From positions 34,038,001 to 34,102,000 of the forward strand of contig OX597823.1 in assembly GCA_951406725.2 (NCBI GenBank): 64,000 bases of DNA. Direction: 5' to 3'. Within the stretch, counting starts at the first letter, position 1; each line of letters starts with the position of its first letter. Under the pieces are notes generated by a model, which saw nothing but the letters and a program-made list of their open reading frames with translations, made no database searches and had not been told where the DNA came from. This DNA comes from Octopus vulgaris (Eukaryota). Position numbers and translations under genes: made by a program. Positions 51,311 to 64,000 of the stretch are shown here, in pieces.

Positions 51311-53840
51311 TCTTATCTCTGCAAAACTCAGGTTCTGGAATCATAATATTTATGTATAGAACTGGGCCCTTCACCCAATTTGTTATAATGCTTTCACTCT
51401 CCCTCATTTCTCTGTCACAGATCCCTTCATCACTTGTCTAAGTAATGCTGTTGTAATTAAATGAGAGCAGAACTACAGGATCAATGAAAGTATCAACACA
51501 GCATATTCACAAATAAATGTGTTGATAGTAGTTATAAACTATATCATTACAGACACACAAAACAGCAAAAATCAAAATATTGATCTGTCTGTTCATTCTT
51601 TCTATTTTCCTACATACGCAAACCTAAACATGATCCTCTGCTCTTGGGTATTGAATAGACAAACAACTTCTCCTTAAAGACAATGGGGGTAAACAACACA
51701 CAATACCCTGCAGCAAAGAGTCACTTGCACATTTGAATGTGCAGAAATGGAGTAACAATGAATGCCCTCATCCATATTGTATATAATATGTTTATAAAAA
51801 CTAAAAAGCATAGATTTAGTCTTGCTATGGAAGTATAATTCATGGCTAAATAGCAGAAGTTATGGGAAAAGCTGAATCTAATTATTTTAATCTCACATTA
51901 AAGATACATTAGGGACCACTTACCTGGTCTTCTAACTGTTGAATATTAAGAAGCATAGATCTGTTTATGAATAATGTAAATAAATTATCGCTGGTATTAA
52001 GATATTTGTATAATGCTGCTACCTGCTGTAGTTAAGAAACAGATTTACTTGTGAATAATTTAAGTAATCTATTATTGATGTGAAGATATTTACATAATGG
52101 CTCAAGGTGAAGGATGGTATTTAATAACAAACAGTATTTAATTCCTGGCTGTCAACCTTGTCAAAACTAGCCTGATTTATCATTGCTTCTTGTTACTAAA
52201 GCTCTAGTTGTTTATCCAATGCTAAACCTATGTTTGTTTAATACATTGTATATGAGCTTTGATGATGTAATGTTCACCTGTCTGTTTCTTCCTTTGGGTC
52301 CATATACAGGGCTGCCATGGCGGGGGGAGGGGGGCTCAAAATGAGATTGAAGAAGAACCATAATACAAGTGGATACGGATTGAAAATTCTTTTGAAGCTG
52401 CTGCAATTAGTTCAGTCTGTCCTGTATTGACCGACTCAACCATCAGAAAACCTGATGTTGTCATAGATGGCCCCTTTTCATGAATCTTCATTTGTGAAGC
52501 CAATTCATAATGATGACTTGGTTTCCATATGCATATTTATTTGTCATCATCATCATCATCATCATATTTACTTCTGCTTCATATGCTGGCATGAGTTTGA
52601 TGGGTCATCACAGTCTGAGTTTTTATTCAGAGTTACTTCCTCCTCAAGAGATGGTGAGACCCTGTCTCAATCACACATTTGATTTTTTTTTACATGGTTT
52701 CTATGGCAGTATGCCCCCCTCCTAATACCAGTCACATTATACAGTGTCCTGAATGCATTTTATTGTAGCACCAGCACTTGGGAGGTTGTCTTGTCTTGAG
52801 TCAAACCAGGGTAACTCTGTTATCTCCACACATTCACCAATCACATTACAGACAGTACTGAGTGCATTTTATTATGACACCAGCATTAATTGTTCTGCAC
52901 TCTGTAATGATAAAGAATCCTCACTGCTCAATGGTATGCTCCATTTCTTCAAATCAACATGGGTAAGTGAGTAAATGGAAGAAGAGGCAAATCACAGTAA
53001 GTTGGTGGTGGGACTGAAGAGGAGAGGGTAATGGAAGAAAGACAGTGATGGTAGCAAGTTTGCCAAAGAGAGAAATTGAGTGAAGGATAGCAACAGAGAT
53101 GAGTATTAATATGAGAGAGTAATGGATGTCAATAATAATGGTCTAGGAGATGGAGAATATGAGAGAGGGACACAAAGAAAGGAGGGGTGTATCAAGTGTG
53201 ACATCAAGATGCCTTCGTACAAAGGCATCTTGATGGAACAAGAGAGGTAACAAGGAAGGAATGGGAGTAGGTGGGGTATTGAGAAGAAATGGGCTTAACT
53301 CCATCCCTTGTTATATGAGCAGCATGATGCAATGAATAGAAGAGAAGGTAAGTGGAGAAAGAGTGATGGAGTGATGAGTGACAGAGAGAGACAAGAAGAT
53401 ATCAACGAGGTTTGAGGACTATAAATGGAGATTGAACAAGGATCTATTTGGCAAAAGACCCAAATACGATATTATACCGTCCCCCTCTCCATCACTATCA
53501 CCATCTGAACATTTGTTTTCTTGTGCTTTCGTGAATGGACCAGCCTTCTTCAGCAATGCATGCCACAAGTCATCACTGTCCTCTATCATATCCTTCTTAA
53601 AGTTCAGCATCATGAGATGTGTCTTCATTACTTTACTCCATGTCTTTCTAGATTTCCATCTTTCACAGGTACCAGTGACTTTAAATACCTTCTCCTCCAT
53701 TCACACAGCCACCTCATTGGGCTTTACATAACAGTTTTAGGCCTTGACTCATTCTATGACCAAACATCTTCCACTCTAGTCTTACACTAACCAACACCTT
53801 GAGAAAGGAATTGCTAAATGAAAACTGTATGGGACCTTGT

Positions 53841-53882
<42 letters not shown>

Positions 53883-54189
53883 TGTGTGACCATCATCATT
53901 GAACATCCATCTGGCACAGGTAGAATAGTTTGTCTGAATCTAATGGCTCCAAGGACTACATCATGTTTCGATGACTGCTTTGGCATGATTCCTGTAGCTG
54001 GTCACCCTTCCTTCCACCTACCAATTTGCAGCATGCTTTTTATTCATGGCACCAACACTAGTGAGGTTACCATGCAGCAAGCAAGACCAAGATACCCTTT
54101 CACTGAATGGGACAGTAGTAAAGAGAGAGGAAACATTATGTTAGAAGATGAGAAGTCACAGTAGAGGAGCTACATGGCTACCCACTTTA

Positions 54190-54225
<36 letters not shown>

Positions 54226-54339
54226 AGAATGAGTGGGTGGAGCTAAATAACGAGCTAAAAGAGTGATGGATTGTCAGGTGTCAGTGCTAAATCTACATAC
54301 ATACACACATACATAGGTACAAGCATGGCTGTGGCTATT

Positions 54340-54609
54340 AAAATTCATAACAGAATATGTGTAAATTGTGGAAGGGTGTGCCTCTCAGTTGGAGGTCTAA
54401 AAAGACATGTTAAGAGAGTGCATATGGTGGCACCTGTTTCGCCTGCCAGCCAGCACAATTGTCTAGTATGTAATAAAATGTGTAAAACCTTGGCCGGGCT
54501 TAAAAGTCATATAAGGGCATCACATGGCAACAATTATGAATCATTTCAGTAAGTCTTCATGGCAATGGCTTTTCTCGTGTAACAAGGATGCAGCTGTGTG
54601 ATATATATA
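54340..54609 (+). mobile_element. LINE 3' fragment encoding two C2H2 fingers
   Basis: CVNCGRVCLSVGGLKRHVKRVH and CLVCNKMCKTLAGLKSHIRASH, without TGEKP linkers. GLxxH fingers of this kind end RTE-type ORFs. Confidence 0.5.
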
Positions 54610-54812
54610 GTCAGGACGCCATGATAGATCGTTAGCTCCTACACGCATTTTTTTCTCTTCTTGTTTTTTTCTGTGTATCTTTCTGTCGAAGAGCATAGGC
54701 TCGAAACGTAAAAGACTTGTTCTATTTCTATTCCTGAGTGCCATACTAATACATTTGTCTGTTTGTACTCCACCTGCCTTCGTCTTTTGTTTATTTTTGT
54801 AAACCTTCCCGT
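54610..54812 (+). mobile_element. Short HHR-bearing repeat (CUGUNGA family)
   Basis: gatcgttagc..cttcccgtta followed by (TA)n. Same family as 18838-19012, 4157-4340 and a fragment at ~38093-38165. Confidence 0.7.
54678..54715 (+). ncRNA. Minimal hammerhead variant (CUGUCGA core)
   Basis: UCUUU CUGUCGA A GAGC-AUAG-GCUC GAAA CG UA^AAAGA; all stems paired. Confidence 0.72.
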
Positions 54813-56015
54813 TATATATATATATATATATATATATAGAACAGTATGTGTGTGTGTGCGTGTGATTAAATATTACTGAGGCATTATTTTACAGTTTGAT
54901 GCACTTCTTGTCCTTGACCTTTTTTTGCTTTCCAATTAAGGGGTCCCTTAATTCTTATGTTTCCAAAGGCTCAAACTGAGTTGACAGTTTGTTGACAGAA
55001 GTGACAACAACAACACTGCTCATAACTCATATATACATATATATATATCATCATCATCATCATCATCGTTTAGCGTCCGTTTTCCATGCTAGCATGGGTT
55101 GGACGGTTCTACTTGGGCCTGTGAAGCCAGAAGGCTTCATCAGGCCCAGTCAAATCTGGCAGTGTTTCTACGGCTGGATGCCCTTCCTAACGCCAACCAC
55201 TCCGTGAGTGTAGTGGGTGCTTTTTACGTGCCACCCGCACAGGTGCCAGACAGAGCTGGCAAACGGCCACGAACGGATGGTGCTTTTTATGTGCCACCAG
55301 CACAAGGGCCAGGCGAGGCTGGCAATGGACACGAAACGGGGCGGTGCTGGCAACGGTCGCGAAACGGAAGGTTCTCTTACATGCCACCAGCACTGGTAAC
55401 ACATCTGCAATTTCCATTGATCGATTTCGGTACATACATACATACATACACATACACAATAAGGTTCATTTAGTTCCATCATCATCATCATTATCATCAT
55501 TATGTAGTGTCCATTGTCCATGCTGGCATCGGTTGGATGGTTTGACCAGGGTTAGCAAACTGAGGGGCTGCATCAAACTCCAATCTGATTTGACATGGTT
55601 TCTACAGCTGCATGCCCTTCCGAACACTAACCACTCCGAGAGTGTAATGGGTGCTTTTACATGCCACCGGCACATGCCATTTGTGTGACACCAGTATCTG
55701 CCAAGACTACAATTTTACTTGGCTTGATGGGTCTTCTCTTCAAGGATGACACAATGCCAAAGGTCTTGGTCATTGCCTCCATGAGGCCCAACACTCGAGA
55801 GGAGCCTTTCATGTGTCACCAGCATCAGCCACTATGAAACTCACCCACAAGGATTTTGTTGGCTTGAGGTTATAGCAAAAGATATTTGTCCAAGATGCCA
55901 TAAACATCTCTGTAAAGTGGAACAGAAATTGAAGAATCTTCAGTAAACAGGTGCTCCAGCATGACCACAGCTGCATGGCTGAAACAAGTAAAAGAATACA
56001 ATACAAAATAGATAT

Positions 56016-56378
56016 AGGTGCAGGAGTGGCTGTGTGGTAAGTAGCTTGCTTACCAACCACATGGTTCTAGGTTCAGTCCCACTGCGTGGCATCTTGGGCA
56101 AGTGTCTTCTACTATAGCCTCAGGCCAACCAAAGCCTTGTAAGTGTATTTGGTAGACGGAAACTGAAAGAAACCCATCGTATGTGTGTGTGTGTGTGTGT
56201 TTTTGTCCCTCACCATCACTTGGCAACCACTGTTGGTATAACTTAGCAGTTCACTAAAAGAGACCATTAGAATAAGTACTAGGCTTACAAAGAATAAGGC
56301 CTAGGGTTGATTTGTTCAATTAAAGTTGGTGCTCCAGCATGGCCACAGTCAAATGACTGAAACAAATAAAAGAATAAA
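56016..56378 (+). mobile_element. tRNA-type SINE
   Basis: ggtgcaggagtggctgtgtggtaagtagcttgc..ggttcagtccc..gactgaaacaaataaaagaata. Further plus-strand copies at 58272-58662, 61236-61550 and 61565-61960. Confidence 0.82.
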
Positions 56379-57198
56379 TATATTAGTTTGAATGCAGAAC
56401 ATCTCTAGATATGTTTCCCTATGTCATATTACCATACTTTGTCAACTGGTTTGAGAGGAGCAGAATTATGGCATCAGGCTCGCATGTATGGCATCAACTC
56501 AAAACGAAGAGGATCAGAACAAGACAGACTTGATAGATTGTTGACATAAAATCTAGCTCTTTGAGTGAATAAGAGTCTTTGAAATTCTCATGTCAGCTAA
56601 GAATAAATTAAAGAAAATTTAAACTAATTCAAGAGTATTGAATAGATAATGAACACAAATGCACTTCTCATGATATATCTTAACTCGTCTTAAAAAAACA
56701 CAGAAAGAAAAGAATAATGAGGTATCTAACATAGATGTGCTCAATAAGAATTTCAAATCAAATTAGCTCTGACAACATTTATGTGAAAAATAAAACACAA
56801 ACTAAAGAATTTTGAATTTACAATACAAACTATATAGACATGCAATAAATGTACAGCTGTAAAATTCCACTCCTCTCCATCTCTCATCCTCTTCTTCAAC
56901 CTATCACTCACCATAGCTATGTTTCACCTTTATCTTTTATTTTTTAATTTTTATAATAATGGTTTTTCATTACATTATTTATTTTTTTATCGCTATTTGC
57001 ACATTATTTTTATCCTCACAATTCTTCTTGTCTCACTCCATATATTACATGACCTTTTAATTTCCATCATCATATTTTTTCCCAGAAAGCCACTCATATT
57101 TTTTATATAATTTTTCATGTGTATGTGTGCATGTGTGAGTGGAGAAAGAGAGAGACATTCACACACACATACACACACACACGTGCACACACACACGT

Positions 57199-57271
<73 letters not shown>

Positions 57272-58159
57272 GAATGAAGAATCATATATCATTTAATCAA
57301 CTTGTGCATGTTTCTGATAGAGTGGGAAATACCAAAATTTTGTGATGCAGTAATCATACATACTAATAGATCCCATATTTGACTGACTGAGATTCTTCAG
57401 AAACAGGAACATCTAACATCATCTTGTCCTTATGAAAGCTATTCCACACTGCTTGGAATAGAGAACATTTTTAGGGAAACAGATAGTAGCAAATCTAACA
57501 ATATTTGACCAGTAGGGAAGTATTTCAGCAGACAAACTTAGGAATTGTGTGAACCAAATCATGATAGAAATATAATATGGTAGTTTCTTCAATCCTATCC
57601 ATCAACTTGAAGAATATTTGTGGTAAAATTCCTACCCCATTAAAATTTTTATTGACCAATTCAAATACACAGAGGAGTTATGTAAAATCCAAGCTGTTCA
57701 GTAGATGATTATTTAGGTTACAATGGAAATGTCATTTCATCAGTATTCTGAATATAAATATAGAGATATGCCTGTTGAGTTAATGAGAATTCTACAGGTA
57801 AATAACCAGTATATTATTCGCTTAGAAAGATATTCTATTTCAAGAAAATTATTTTCCTTAAAAAAATAGATATTTAAAACTTAAATTTATCAATTTACCT
57901 GAAATATGTATGAGCTGATTAAAGAATGTATAATTCTCCATTCTTTCGTAATTTTCTCCTACACTCTGTGAGCTTAGACTGAATTTATTTGGTGTTTGAA
58001 CTTCAGATTTACAAACTGGACAGGCAGCAGAAAGTAATTTTATGGCCTCTGTGGATTCCTATGGTTTTCACTGGACTATTTAGTTAGCCAAGTTTGATGA
58101 TCCATGTTATAAAGTATTAGCCTGGATTTTTAATCCCTCTTTTCCTTTGTGTGTGTATG

Positions 58160-58276
<117 letters not shown>

Positions 58277-58448
58277 CAGGAGTAGCTGTGTGGTAAGTAG
58301 CTTGCCTACTATCCACATGGTTCTGCATGGCATCTCGGGCAAGTGTCTTCTACTATAGCCTCAGGCCGACCAAAGCCTTGTGAGTGGATTTGGTAGATGA
58401 AGACCAAAAGAAGCCTGCCGTGTATATATAAATATATATATATATATA

Positions 58449-58479
<31 letters not shown>

Positions 58480-58681
58480 ATGTTTGTGTGTCTGTATTTG
58501 TCCCCCAACATCACTTGACAACCAATGCTGATGTGTTTACATCCCCGTAACTTAGTGGTTCAGCAAAAGAGATCAAAGAATAAGTCCCAGAGTTGATTTG
58601 CTTGACTAAAGGCAGTGCTCCAGCACAGCCACAGTCAAATGACCGAAGCAAGTAAAAGAGTAATATATTTATATATTACAA

Positions 58682-58870
58682 AGTTAAAAGTTATGGTCAG
58701 TCATGGAGTGACCATTTGTTTTTGCACCTGTAAAGCACTTGGCAGTATAGGTGACTCGTCAGACTCAAATGGCTGATGAGTCACTTATACTGCTAAGTGT
58801 GAAACCAATGATCGCTCTATGACGCCATCAGTTTTAACTACCTAAAAAATATATTACTTCTCTAACACTT
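58682..58870. mobile_element. Fold-back pLTR remnant with back-to-back hammerhead motifs
   Basis: 58706-58766(-): GAGU CUGACGA GU CACCU..AGGUG CAAAAAC AAAU GGUC ACUC. 58773-58817(+): CUGAUGA GU CACUUA-UACUGC-UAAGUG U GAAACC AAU GAUC GCUC. Same family as 39055-39170. Confidence 0.72.
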
Positions 58871-58914
58871 ATGGATATATGAACTGCTTATGATATAAAT
58901 ATATATACATACAT

Positions 58915-58957
<43 letters not shown>

Positions 58958-59149
58958 GAGAGAGAGAGAGATACTACTTTTCAAATTTATATAGTTAAGT
59001 TTTCATATACATGCATACATACGTACAAACATATATATATATATACTTGTATGTATGTATTTACATGTGTGTATACGTGTGTGTGTGTGTGTGTTTAAAA
59101 TGTACTACTTGTATGTATGTTACTGATTTTGCTAATTATCTGTTTCCAG

Positions 59150-59236
59150 AGCTGTACTTGAAAACCATCATGTCTCCCTAGCATTTTCAGTGACTTGCAA
59201 GGATGATTCAGTAAACATCTTCAAGAACTTATCTCA
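59150..59236 (+). CDS. PDE8: PDE8-like coding exon (catalytic domain, ENHH motif)
   Basis: ttccag|A GCT...CA|gtaagt; 87 nt, phase 2/2. Encodes (L)AVLENHHVSLAFSVTCKDDSVNIFKNLS. Confidence 0.95.
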
Positions 59237-60439
59237 GTAAGTTGACACATTCTCTCTGATTGATCTCTGCTTATCTGTCTGTCAATCTGTCTCTCTGTCT
59301 GTTGGTCAATCCATCTGTCTATCTATCTCCTTACCTATCTATTTATCTAATCTATCTATTTATCTACCTGTCTTACAGTCTATTTCTAAGTCTATCTATC
59401 AATATATTTGTACGCCTATCTGTATGCCTATATATCTGTCTGTCACTCTATCTGCTTATCTCTCTACCTACCTTTCCACATACATATCTTTCAATATATC
59501 TATCAGTCTATCTTTCTATCAATCTATCTACTCTAATCTTTCTAATTATCTGAAATATGCAAAACCAGAAACTTTAACAATTGCAAACATCTCTGTACGT
59601 TACATATCATTACTTTTGGTATGCCAAAGCTAATGATATAGCATCGTATGAATGCAGAAGATTCTGGAAAATCATGTTCCAAACTTTGGTTTATAGATAA
59701 GTAAAATAACAAGCTGAATGAAGGGTACTGTCAAATTCCAGCACCTCATTTTTCAAATTCTAGCAGAGGGAAGCGACACAGAACAAATTCGGCATTTAAA
59801 TGATCCCAGTTGTACAACTGAGGACAACTGTATAGCAAATTCTTTTTATGTAGGTTCCTTATAATCCCAAAAGATTATAAAGCAAGATAAAACACTTGAG
59901 ATGTACAGTTAATTCTGTCACTTAAAATCTAAAGGAGTGAAAGTGTTGTGCATGTTTGGTTTTGAATGTATTTTCAGTACAACTTATATAGGTTGTTTTG
60001 ATACCATCTGCTCTGTACAACTTTTTGTAAGGGTGGTACGTGCCTGTAGTCAAGTCTAACTTAAATTTAATGAATATAAGAGTTGATTACACGTTCAGTG
60101 TAGTAGTTAAACTTAAGATTGTGAGTTCAATTCTTGGGCCAGTGACTCTCTATGTACACTAGTTCAAGCATACAAGACAATGGTATCACAAGTAGAATAG
60201 TAGAATAATAACCAATAGAAGAATATCCTTGCACGGACAATGGAATGAGAACAGCCTACTCTGTGGATTTAATTAAGTGTATCACTTAAATTCCAAGACT
60301 GCTGTGTAATACAACAGACACCTGAAGAACACTGGGGAGATACCAGCTGAAACATGACTTAAGAACTAAGATGGGGACACTAATTCGAATATATTTGTGT
60401 ATACTACCACCACAAATAATAATATATACATGTGTATGA

Positions 60440-60680
60440 TTCACCAAGCAAAGATTGGCATATTTCAGTCATATTATGCGGAGAAAATCCCTGCAGAAAG
60501 ACATCATGCTCGGAATGGTCAGTGGCAAGAGAGGAAGAGGCCAACCAAGAACCCGCTGGCTTGACACCATCAAGAGTGATACCAGAATGGACATAGCCAA
60601 TCTGAAAGAAGCAGCCCAGGATAGAACTGACTGGAGGACACTGATCCATGGAGTAACCGAGAGTTGACTTCGACTGAGCG
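60440..60680 (+). mobile_element. RTE/BovB-like LINE 3' end
   Basis: LAYFSHIMRRKSLQKDIMLGMVSGKRGRGQPRTRWLDTIK..DWRTLIHGVTES, followed by a short tandem tail. Confidence 0.82.
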
Positions 60681-61127
60681 GATAGATAGATAGAGAGATA
60701 GTATGTGTGTGTATGTATATAAATATCACTGTAACAATAGGTGCTTTAAAATGGTGATAAAACATGCAGATGACTGCACAACCAAACCTCATGAGTTATG
60801 AATATATAACAGAGAGAGAAAATAGCCACAACTTGGCTCTGCATTCATCCTATATAAAGCATTTTCAATAGAGTAAAAATGACACCAAAACAAACCCCAG
60901 GCACACAAAACTGCACTTGGTGGTGAATGAATGTGATAGAAATAACTGTTTTGAATAATGATAACAACAATGGTTTCATATTTTGGCACAGGTCCAATAG
61001 TTTTTGAGGGGAAGGGAAGTTAATTACATCAATCCTGTTACTTGTCTAGCACTTATTTTATTGACCCAGAAAGAATGAAAGATGAAGGTGGTCTCTGCAG
61101 AATTTGAGCTCAAATAATAATAATAAT

Positions 61128-61235
<108 letters not shown>

Positions 61236-62186
61236 GGCACAGGCATGGCTGTGTATTAAGAAGCTTGCTTCTGAACCACCATGGTTCTGGGTTCAGTCCC
61301 ACTGTGTAGCACCTTGGGCAAGTGTCTTCTACTATAGCCTCAGACCAACCAAAGCTTTGTGAGTGGATTTGGTGGACGGAAACTGAAAGAAGCCCATCGT
61401 ATATATGTGTGTGTGTATCTTTGTGTCAGTGTGTCTCCTTCACCATTGCTTGACAACCAGTGTTTGTGTGTTTACATCCCCATAACTTAGTGGTTTAGCA
61501 AAAGAGATCAATGCCCTAGCATGGCCACAGTCAGATGACTGAAACAAATATAATTAGCATTATAGGCACAGGAGTGGCTGTGTGATAAGTAGCTTGCTTA
61601 CCAATCACATGGTCCAGGGTTCAGTCCCACTCTGTGGCACCTTGGGCAAGTGTTTCCTACTATAGCCTCAGGCTATCCAAAGCCTTGTGAGTGGATTTGG
61701 CAGATGGAAACAAATGAAGCCTGTCGTATATATGTATGTGTGTATATGTGTTTGTGTGTCTGTATTTGTCCACTCAACATCGCTTGACAGCCGATGCTGG
61801 TGTGTTCTCGCCCCGTAACCTAGCAGTTCAGCAAAAGAGATCAATAGAATAAGTACTAGGCTTAGAAAGAATAAATCCTGGAGTCGATTTGCTTGACTAA
61901 AGGCAGTGCTCCAGCATGGCTGCAGTCAAATGACTGAAACAAGTAAAAGAATAAAAGAATTATATGACTACACAACCAAAACCTCATGAGTTATGAATAT
62001 ATATATACATATATATATAACAGAGAGAAAATAGCCACAGCTTGGCTCTGCATTCATCCTACATGAAGTACCTTCAGTACATGACTGAAACCAAATAATT
62101 AGCATTAACCTATAATTCACTAATGTGAAATAAGAGAATTTTATCAATGACTTCTTTAAAATCTAAAATGTAATTCTTTATTTCAG

Positions 62187-62325
62187 AGATGATTTCCGCA
62201 CCATGCGACATTCAATCATAGACATGGTTCTAGCAACCGAAATGACAAAACATTTTGAACATGTCTCCAAATTTAACAACTGCATCAATAAAGTCCTAAC
62301 AAAACCTTCGGAAGCTTCACCCACG
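62187..62325 (+). CDS. PDE8: PDE8-like coding exon (catalytic domain)
   Basis: tttcag|A GAT...ACG|gtaact; 139 nt, phase 2/0. Encodes (Q)[46 protein letters not shown]; [14 protein letters not shown] is PDE8-typical. Confidence 0.94.
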
Positions 62326-62369
62326 GTAACTATTATTTATTTTTATTTATTTATTTTGCATACATTTTC

Positions 62370-63560
62370 TTAGGTAAAGCTTGCAATGAACCTGCTGTTA
62401 TGGTCATCTTCTAAATACCAGGTACTCTTGTCTAGTGTCCAACAGCCCTCCATCTCCATTTGGGCCTTGATGGACGGCCTAACTTTACATCCACATCAGT
62501 GATAAGGGGCAAGAGAATCCTGAAGAGTCTTGAAGAGTTGACATAAGTCTACTGAGATTCAAACCAGTCAGGTCTAAAACTCTTAAAGAAAGGCAGGGTC
62601 AGCAGAAATTCTGGCTTCTTTATTGGAAGCAAATAAATACCCTTCGCCACTGGCTATCCACTGTAGACAAGTCAGGTATACCTGACCGCTCTCCATATAT
62701 GAAGTATGAGATCCCAATATCCAACACTACTGTATAAAATCCCTGACACAGGCAGTTTATGATGTTCTGCTAAGCACTTCCAATATTTGTTCTGCTAGGG
62801 AAGTTGAATCCCCCAAAAACAGACATTGGAGCACATCTTTAGTGGCTGTCCAAATGCTCTGAGAGAAGGGTGCTGTTGTTGGCCACATGACCAGGTCTTG
62901 CAATGGTTAATCTCACAGCAAGCATGATCTGCGATGGCATTAACTATTGCAGGCACCACCACCCAATAAGGAGAACTATCACTGTTGACCTGGCTGGTCT
63001 GAAGGTAAAAGCACCACCAAGTCCACCTCTCTGGGAACTCTCTGAAAGTTGACCAGAAGAAGCATCCAAAGTCCCTGAAAACTGTTGCTTCAACATTGTT
63101 AAGGCCAAATGTGGGACTGGTCTCAGAAATGGTAAAGAAGATGGTTCTGTTTGAATGCTCCCCATAGCCTGGAAGGATTGCACTGGGGAGGCAAATGAGA
63201 GGAAGAGAATGAAATAAGCTGAACTCATGGAGTTATGCTGATACAGGGAGTAGCAAGCGAGTTGTGAATCTCCTGAAGTATATACAGTGGGTTCACAGGT
63301 CAGTTCCTCTGCTGAGACTGCATGCTGAACAGCAGAAAGGCCAGGAATGCAGAAGGCTATCGAGTTAGTCATAGAAGCTATGGATCAGAAAGTCTCATCC
63401 CTGGAATGGTTTCTGCCTGCTGAGTTCATTAGACACCAACTGGAGTTTTATCAACCCAGATGGGTCATATTGTCTGATTTTGTTGAGATACTCAACCACC
63501 ATAACAAGCATAAATGATGATGCATCCAGGAGCATCATAAGATGCTGTATGAAAACCTGG
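62370..63560 (+). mobile_element. HERO-like (RLE-bearing) non-LTR retrotransposon remnant
   Basis: IKSLTQAVYDVLLSTSN..ESP; LEHIFSGCPNALREG..W.HDQVL (cf. HILSSC..ALGEGRYRWRHDQVL); decayed endonuclease segment downstream. Confidence 0.65.
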
Positions 63561-64000
63561 GTATGATGAGATGGTTGGTATGTAACAATACAAGTTTACA
63601 CAATGTTATCTAATAAATTATGTAATGGATTCATATTTTAATTAAACCACACAACTGTATATATATGTGTGTGTATATATATATATATATCATCATCATC
63701 ATCATCATCATCGTGTGTATGGGTTGGATTCATGGGGTCTGGGATGCATCAGATGTGGCAGTGTTTCTACAGCTATATATGTAGTGGGTGATTTTATGTG
63801 CCACCGACACAGGTGCCAGACGAGGCTGGCAGACGGCCACCTCGGATGGTGTTTTTTATGTGCCACCGACACAGGTGCCAGACGAGGCTGGCAGCGGCCA
63901 CGCTCGGATGGTGTTTTCTTATGTGTCACCGACACGGTGCCAGACGAGGCTGGCGGACGGCCCGCTCGGATGGTGTTTGTTCGTGCCCTCAGCACGGAGG

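Noticed and set aside
54271-54552. Two-finger C2H2 ORF as a zinc-finger gene or PDE8 exon
   Set aside because: It has no TGEKP linkers or fitting splice phase, starts in simple repeat, and matches the style of LINE C-terminal fingers.
56450-58100. Possible very old PLE RT remnants (VDDYL-like), also at ~29700-30110 and ~34150-35260
   Set aside because: Too degraded to support by eye; needs a translated profile search.
60317-60358. CTGAAGA-acaCTGG..CCAGct-GAAACATGAC hammerhead-like motif
   Set aside because: Core and stem II are plausible but stem I and the UH site do not form. Listed only as possible, not called as a feature.

Overview
This is AT-rich, microsatellite-dense animal genomic DNA, not prokaryotic. 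The SINE and simple-repeat landscape suggests a coleoid cephalopod such as Octopus (inference). The window is the interior of one plus-strand gene, a PDE8-type cAMP phosphodiesterase. I recovered 11 GT-AG coding exons in consistent phase, running from the PAS domain into the catalytic domain; both ends of the gene lie outside the window. The introns hold tRNA-type SINEs, RTE and HERO LINE remnants, Tc1/mariner fossils and MITEs. The most striking signal is a Penelope-like retroelement (PLE) and hammerhead-ribozyme (HHR) layer with four parts: (1) a very young fold-back PLE with two near-identical ~1.08-kb inverted arms and an intact thumb+GIY-YIG ORF; (2) a decayed full-length PLE with direct pLTRs; (3) at least five small 'tails-out' fold-back elements built around HHR motifs; (4) about 16 intact or decayed type-I HHR motifs in total, including a family with a recurrent non-canonical CUGUNGA core. 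All calls were made by eye, and repeat boundaries are approximate. Most ORFs in the supplied track are microsatellite artefacts.
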